Positions 59,549-64,000 of a stretch of 64,000 bases of DNA are shown here, piece by piece (the stretch's first letter is position 1; each line of letters starts with the position of its first letter). The DNA comes from Myxococcota bacterium (GTDB lineage: Bacteria; Myxococcota_A; UBA9160; UBA6930). The notes beneath the pieces were generated by a model. It saw nothing but the letters and a program-made list of their open reading frames with translations, was not told the origin of the DNA and did no database searches. The position numbers and the translations under genes are program-made. The stretch spans positions 5,216,001 through 5,280,000 of the forward strand of contig OZ245002.1 of NCBI GenBank assembly GCA_965223415.1. Reading direction: 5' to 3'.

Positions 59549-60556
59549 TCAGGCCCCGAAGAAGCGTTGCTGCGCCAGCTCGAGACCGTTGGCGGCGGCG
59601 AGCCGAACCGGGTCGCCGGCGATCCACAGGAGCAGGCCGCGCTCAGCGGGAACGCTCGGGTCGCTCCGCACCCGGCCCACACCCACGTCGTCCGATCCCA
59701 CGCTGGTTCGGGTAGTGGGCGCGTCGCGGCGGTCGCTGACCACCACGCCGGGCGCCTTCGACAGCGCGTCCGCCGCCTCGGCGGCCGCCAGCGGTGCCTC
59801 GGTCTCCACGGCGAGCTGGATGCCGCAGCCGGCGAAGGTTGGCACGCGCAGCGCCGAAACCGAGAGCGGCGGCGGATCCCGTAGGAGGCGGGTGAGGTGC
59901 CCTTCGATCTGCGCCTCCCGGTCCGGGGCGAAGTCCACGCCCGGGGCGTCCGCCGAGGGCAGGCAGTCGAAGGCCAGGGGGCGCGGGAAGACGTCGGAGG
60001 CGTCGGGCTCCTGCTGCTGGAAGAGACCCAGGGTCTCCTGCTGGAGCGCCTCCACTCCCGAGCGCCCGGCGCTGGACGCGGACTCGAGCACGGTGGCGTG
60101 GAGCCGGACGATCCCCGCCCGCTCGCGCAGCGCCGCCAGCACCCGGGCCAGCAGCAGCACCGGGCCCGCGGGCCCCGCCACCAGGGGCTGGTCCGGGGCC
60201 CAGGCCCGGCCGCCGGGGCCAGCCAGGCCGAGGGGCACCTCGCCCCGATCGGCGAGGGCTCCCGAGAGATCGATGCAAGGCACCTCGGCGCGCAGGGCGT
60301 CGCGGATCCACTCGACGGCGGCGCCGGCCGGCGCGCACAGCCACAGCAGGTCGAGCTCGCGCAGGGGCGGCGGATCCACCTCCACCGGCAGGTCGTGGCC
60401 CAGCCACGCGACGTCCTGGCCGAGGGACGCGTCCGTCGCCAGGGGGACGAGGCGCTGGATCGGGAAGCGCCGCTCCTGGAGCAGCTCCAGCAGCTCGCGG
60501 CCGACGTGGCCCGTCGCCCCGACGACCGCGACCCGCAGCAGCTCGGCCGCGTTCAC
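59549..60556 (-). CDS. Aspartate-semialdehyde dehydrogenase homolog, degenerate (Usg-like)
   Basis: [28 protein letters not shown] are present; the catalytic NPNC motif is replaced by GPAG. GTGA overlap with leuB. Confidence 0.85.
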   Translation of the reverse strand: MNAAELLRVAVVGATGHVGRELLELLQERRFPIQRLVPLATDASLGQDVAWLGHDLPVEVDPPPLRELDLLWLCAPAGAAVEWIRDALRAEVPCIDLSGALADRGEVPLGLAGPGGRAWAPDQPLVAGPAGPVLLLARVLAALRERAGIVRLHATVLESASSAGRSGVEALQQETLGLFQQQEPDASDVFPRPLAFDCLPSADAPGVDFAPDREAQIEGHLTRLLRDPPPLSVSALRVPTFAGCGIQLAVETEAPLAAAEAADALSKAPGVVVSDRRDAPTTRTSVGSDDVGVGRVRSDPSVPAERGLLLWIAGDPVRLAAANGLELAQQRFFGA

Positions 60557-61641
60557 CCGGCGGGCTCCAAGTGACGCAGGACGGCGTCGCCCATGGCCCG
60601 GCAGCCGAGGGTGGGCCGCTCTTCGCCTTCCAGGACGAGATCGCCGGTGCGGTGGCCCTCGCCCAAGACGGCGGTCACGGCCGCGCGCACCTGGCCGGCC
60701 ACGTCCTCGCGCCCGAAGGTGTGCTCGAGCAGCATCGCCACGGAGAGGATCGCCGCCAGCGGGTTCGCCTCGTCTTGGCCGGCGATGTCCGGCGCCGAGC
60801 CGTGGACCGGCTCGTACAGGCCGACCCCGCCCTCGCCCAGGCTGGCCGAGGGCAGCATGCCGAGGGAGCCGGTGATCATGGCCGCCTCGTCGGACAGGAT
60901 GTCGCCGAACAGGTTGCCCGTGACCATCACGTCGAAGCGGGCCGGCTCGCGGACCAGCAGCATGGCGCAGGAGTCGACCAGCTGATGGGCGAGCTCGACG
61001 TCGTCGTAGTCCTTGGCGACCTCGTCGACGACCTCCATCCAGAGCTGGGACACCTCGAGGACGTTGGCCTTGTGCACGTGGGTCACGTGGTGGCGGCGCC
61101 GGCGGGCGGCATCGAAGGCCACGCGGGTGATGCGCTCGATCTCCACCTCGTCGTACACCATGGTGTTGCGCGCCTCGCGGCGGCCCTCGACGAGGGCGCG
61201 GCCGCGGGGCTCGCCGAAGTAGATGCCGCCGGTCAGCTCGCGCACGACCAAGAGATCGATGCCGTCCACCACCTCCGGGCGCAGGGTCGACGCGGCCGCC
61301 AGGGCTGGGAAGACGGTGGCGGGGCGTAGGTTCGCGAACAGCCCCAGCTCTTTGCGGATGCGCAGTAGGCCCTTCTCGGGGCGGGTGTCCACGGGCATCG
61401 CGTCCCACTTCGGCCCGCCCACCGCGCCGAGCAGCACCGCCCGGCTGGTGCGGGCCCGTTCGACGACCTCGTCGGCCAGGGGCGTGCCGTGGCCGTCGAT
61501 CGACGCGCCGCCGATCAGCCCCTCCGAGAGCTCGAGCTGCAGCCCGGCCCGATGCCCCGCCACCTCGAGGACGCGGACCGCCTCGCGGGTCACCTCGGGG
61601 CCGATGCCGTCGCCGGGAAGTACCAGGATCTCGTCCGTCAT
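60553..61641 (-). CDS. leuB: 3-isopropylmalate dehydrogenase
   Basis: [50 protein letters not shown]. Confidence 0.98.
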   Translation of the reverse strand: MTDEILVLPGDGIGPEVTREAVRVLEVAGHRAGLQLELSEGLIGGASIDGHGTPLADEVVERARTSRAVLLGAVGGPKWDAMPVDTRPEKGLLRIRKELGLFANLRPATVFPALAAASTLRPEVVDGIDLLVVRELTGGIYFGEPRGRALVEGRREARNTMVYDEVEIERITRVAFDAARRRRHHVTHVHKANVLEVSQLWMEVVDEVAKDYDDVELAHQLVDSCAMLLVREPARFDVMVTGNLFGDILSDEAAMITGSLGMLPSASLGEGGVGLYEPVHGSAPDIAGQDEANPLAAILSVAMLLEHTFGREDVAGQVRAAVTAVLGEGHRTGDLVLEGEERPTLGCRAMGDAVLRHLEPAG

Positions 61642-61650
61642 CTTGCTCCG

Positions 61651-63201
61651 TCAGATGCCACGGGGGGCGTCGGGCTCGCGGTGGGCCTTGTGGCCTTCGA
61701 GGCGGTTGATGGCGTTCACGTAGGCGCGGCCGCTGGCGACGATGATGTCGGTATGGGCGCCGTGGCCGATCACCCGGCGTCCGTCCTCGGTGATGGTGAC
61801 GGTCACCTCGCCCTGGGCGTCCATGCCGCCGGTGATCGCCTTCACCTGGTACTGGAGCAGCTCGGCCTTCGTGTCCGTGAGCTCGGTGATGGCCTTGAAG
61901 ACCGCGTCCACCGGGCCGTCGCCCTGGGCGGTGGCCTTGCGGGCCTCGCCGTCGACGATCAGCTCCACCGTGGCGTTGGGCGTAGCGAAGGTGCCGCTCT
62001 GGATCACCAGGTTGCCGAGCTGGAAGCGGCCGTCGTCGATCGTGACCGAATCGGCGACGATGGCCTCGAGATCCTCGTTGTAGATGGTCTTCTTCTTGTC
62101 GGCCAGGTCCTTGAAGCGCCGGAAGGCCTTCTGGAACTCCTCGTCGGCGAGCTGGTAGCCCAGCTCCCCGAGCCGCTCCCGGAACGCGTGGCGCCCCGAG
62201 TGCTTCCCCAGCACCAGCTCGTTGGAGGGCCGGCCGATCGACTGGGGCGTCATGATCTCGTAGGTGATCGCCGCCTTCAGAACGCCGTCCTGGTGGATGC
62301 CCGCCTCGTGGGCGAAGGCGTTGTCGCCGACGATCGCCTTGTTGGGCTGCACCGGGATGCCGATGATGGACGAGAGCAAGCGGCTCGTCGGGTAGATCTC
62401 GGTCGTGCGGATCCCCGTGTCGAGCCCGTCGAAGGCGTCCTTGCGCACCTTCAGCGCCATCACCACCTCTTCCATGGCGGTGTTGCCGGCCCGCTCGCCG
62501 ATGCCGTTCACCGTGCACTCCACCTGACGGGCGCCCGCTTGGATGGCCGCCAGGCTGTTCGCCGTGGCCAGCCCCAGATCGTTGTGGCAGTGCAGACTGA
62601 ACACGACGTTCTCGCTGCCCGGGACGTGCTCGCGCAGGTAGCGGATCAGCTCGTGGTACTCGACCGGCGTGGTGTAGCCCACCGTGTCCGGCACGTTCAG
62701 GGTCGTCGCGCCGGCCTTCACCGCACAGCCGAACACCTGGACGAGATAGTCCCAGTCCGAGCGCGTGGCATCCTCGGCCGAGAACTCCACGTCGTCCGTG
62801 TACCGGAGGGCCTGGCGCACGGCCCGGTCCACCTCCTCCAGCACCTGCTCCCGGCCCATCTTGAGCTTGTGCTCCAGATGGATGTCGCTGGTCGCGATGA
62901 AGGTGTGGATGCGCGGGCGCCGCGCCTTCTCGAGGGCCTCGCCGGCGCGGGCCACGTCCGCCTCGGCGGTGCGGGCGAGGCTGCAGACCGAGGTCTGCTC
63001 CAACGCCTCCGCGATCGCCCGCACGGACTGGAAATCGCCCTCGCTGGCGATCGCGAAGCCCGCCTCGATGATGTCGACGCCCAGGCGCTCGAGCTGGCGG
63101 GCGAGGGTCACCTTCTCGTTCAGGTTCATGCTGCAGCCCGGCGCCTGCTCGCCGTCGCGCAGCGTGGTGTCGAAGATCCGGATTCGTTTGTCGTCGTTCA
63201 C
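61651..63201 (-). CDS. leuA: 2-isopropylmalate synthase
   Basis: IFDTTLRDGEQ, HCHNDLG, GERAGN, HEAGIHQDG, GKHSG and regulatory domain; GTG start with GGAGG RBS. Confidence 0.98.
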   Translation of the reverse strand: MNDDKRIRIFDTTLRDGEQAPGCSMNLNEKVTLARQLERLGVDIIEAGFAIASEGDFQSVRAIAEALEQTSVCSLARTAEADVARAGEALEKARRPRIHTFIATSDIHLEHKLKMGREQVLEEVDRAVRQALRYTDDVEFSAEDATRSDWDYLVQVFGCAVKAGATTLNVPDTVGYTTPVEYHELIRYLREHVPGSENVVFSLHCHNDLGLATANSLAAIQAGARQVECTVNGIGERAGNTAMEEVVMALKVRKDAFDGLDTGIRTTEIYPTSRLLSSIIGIPVQPNKAIVGDNAFAHEAGIHQDGVLKAAITYEIMTPQSIGRPSNELVLGKHSGRHAFRERLGELGYQLADEEFQKAFRRFKDLADKKKTIYNEDLEAIVADSVTIDDGRFQLGNLVIQSGTFATPNATVELIVDGEARKATAQGDGPVDAVFKAITELTDTKAELLQYQVKAITGGMDAQGEVTVTITEDGRRVIGHGAHTDIIVASGRAYVNAINRLEGHKAHREPDAPRGI

Positions 63202-63238
63202 GAGGAGATCCCTCCTGAAGGCGGCTTGTCGTCGTTCA
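63188..63238. repeat. 13-bp direct repeat duplicating the leuA start region
   Basis: TTGTCGTCGTTCA at 63188-63200 and 63226-63238. Confidence 0.8.
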
Positions 63239-64000
63239 TGCCGACTCCTCCGGCTCCGCGGGCGGGATCTCCTCGAGGGCGCGCCCGGTCCGCCAGCGCC
63301 AGAGCCACTCGATCGGGCCCGAAGCCACATAGGCAATCCCGACCAGGAAGAAGGTGACCGACGGCTTGGAGAGGATCACCGCCAGGGCCAGCACCATCAG
63401 CACTGTCGTCCCGTAGGAGCCATTGACCCGCAGGTCCTTGAAGCTGCGGTAGGGGACCGGGCTCACCATGAGCACGCCGAGCAGCGCGATTCCCACGCCG
63501 GCCAGGGGCGCCGGCACGTCGAGGGGCAGCCCGCTCTCGCGCAGGAAACCCGCGAACCACACCGAGGCCAGCACCATCCCCGCGGCGGAAGGCGTGGCGA
63601 GGCCCTCGAAGCGCCCGCGGTATCTCTCCGGCGTCACGTTGAAGCGCGCGAGGCGCAGCGCCGCGCAGGCGGCGTAGAGGAAAGCCAGCACCCAGCCGGT
63701 CCAGCCGAGCTGCTGGAGCGCGCCGGCCTGGTAGGCGAGCATCGCCGGCGCCACCCCGAAGGAGACCGTGTCGGCGATGGAGTCGTATTCGGCGCCGAAG
63801 CGGCTGGTGGCCCTGGCCATCCGCGCGACCCGCCCGTCGAGCACGTCGAAGATCCAGGCGATGAAGATGGCGAGGGCGGCCCGATCGAGATCCCCCCGAG
63901 CGGCGAGCGTGATCGACCAGAAGCCCGCCGCCAGGTTGCCGGTGGTAAAGAGCTGGGGGAGCAGCGCGACGCCGCGGTGGGGCTCACTCGCCCCCCGGCG
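63236..64000 (-). CDS. pssA: CDP-diacylglycerol-serine O-phosphatidyltransferase (5' end beyond window)
   Basis: LPQLFTTGNL, DGRVAR...SRFGAEYDSIAD, LRLARFN. Confidence 0.93.
   Translation of the reverse strand, partial: RRGASEPHRGVALLPQLFTTGNLAAGFWSITLAARGDLDRAALAIFIAWIFDVLDGRVARMARATSRFGAEYDSIADTVSFGVAPAMLAYQAGALQQLGWTGWVLAFLYAACAALRLARFNVTPERYRGRFEGLATPSAAGMVLASVWFAGFLRESGLPLDVPAPLAGVGIALLGVLMVSPVPYRSFKDLRVNGSYGTTVLMVLALAVILSKPSVTFFLVGIAYVASGPIEWLWRWRTGRALEEIPPAEPEESA

Noticed and set aside
59549..62518. 989-aa ORF as a large Asd fusion
   Set aside because: The upstream part overlaps leuB and leuA out of frame; the Asd-like sequence begins at GTG 60556.
63198..63239. Leucine attenuator leader peptide
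   Set aside because: No Leu codons and no terminator/antiterminator structure.

Overview
Very GC-rich bacterial chromosomal segment. It is probably from a Myxococcota/deltaproteobacterial lineage, inferred from the rplM-rpsI-argC and pssA-leuA-leuB-asd-truA gene orders. No CRISPR array, prophage, integrase or transposase was seen. The left ~53 kb is accessory and catabolic: a TetR-P450-FGGY kinase operon, a 7TM-GGDEF(degenerate)-EAL protein, an EthD-DUF35-thiolase-LanC-like operon, ThDP enzymes, family III CoA transferases, heteromeric acyl-CoA dehydrogenases with an LvaAB-like kinase pair, polyphosphate genes (ppk1; CYTH-CHAD, ppk2, sixA, His-phosphatase-ppx fusion), secreted metalloproteases, a His-rich lipoprotein and tRNA-Arg(CCG). 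The right ~10 kb is core: tRNA-Val(CAC), pyrG, argC, rpsI, rplM, truA, an asd-like gene, leuB, leuA and pssA. The strongest candidate for an undescribed system is at 12455-14165: an orphan sigma54 activator with a pseudo-receiver domain, followed by palindromic enhancer sites, a perfect -24/-12 promoter and a short non-coding C-rich hairpin RNA, an architecture resembling the Myxococcus Pxr sRNA locus. Other notable signals are a symmetric bidirectional leaderless promoter, a split pro-domain/reprolysin pair, a stand-alone sigma region-2 protein, an orphan LanC-like enzyme in a catabolic operon, and a probably inactive Asd homolog. All calls come from reading motifs by eye; no database search was run. 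Most long ORFs in the supplied track are antisense or frame shadows.
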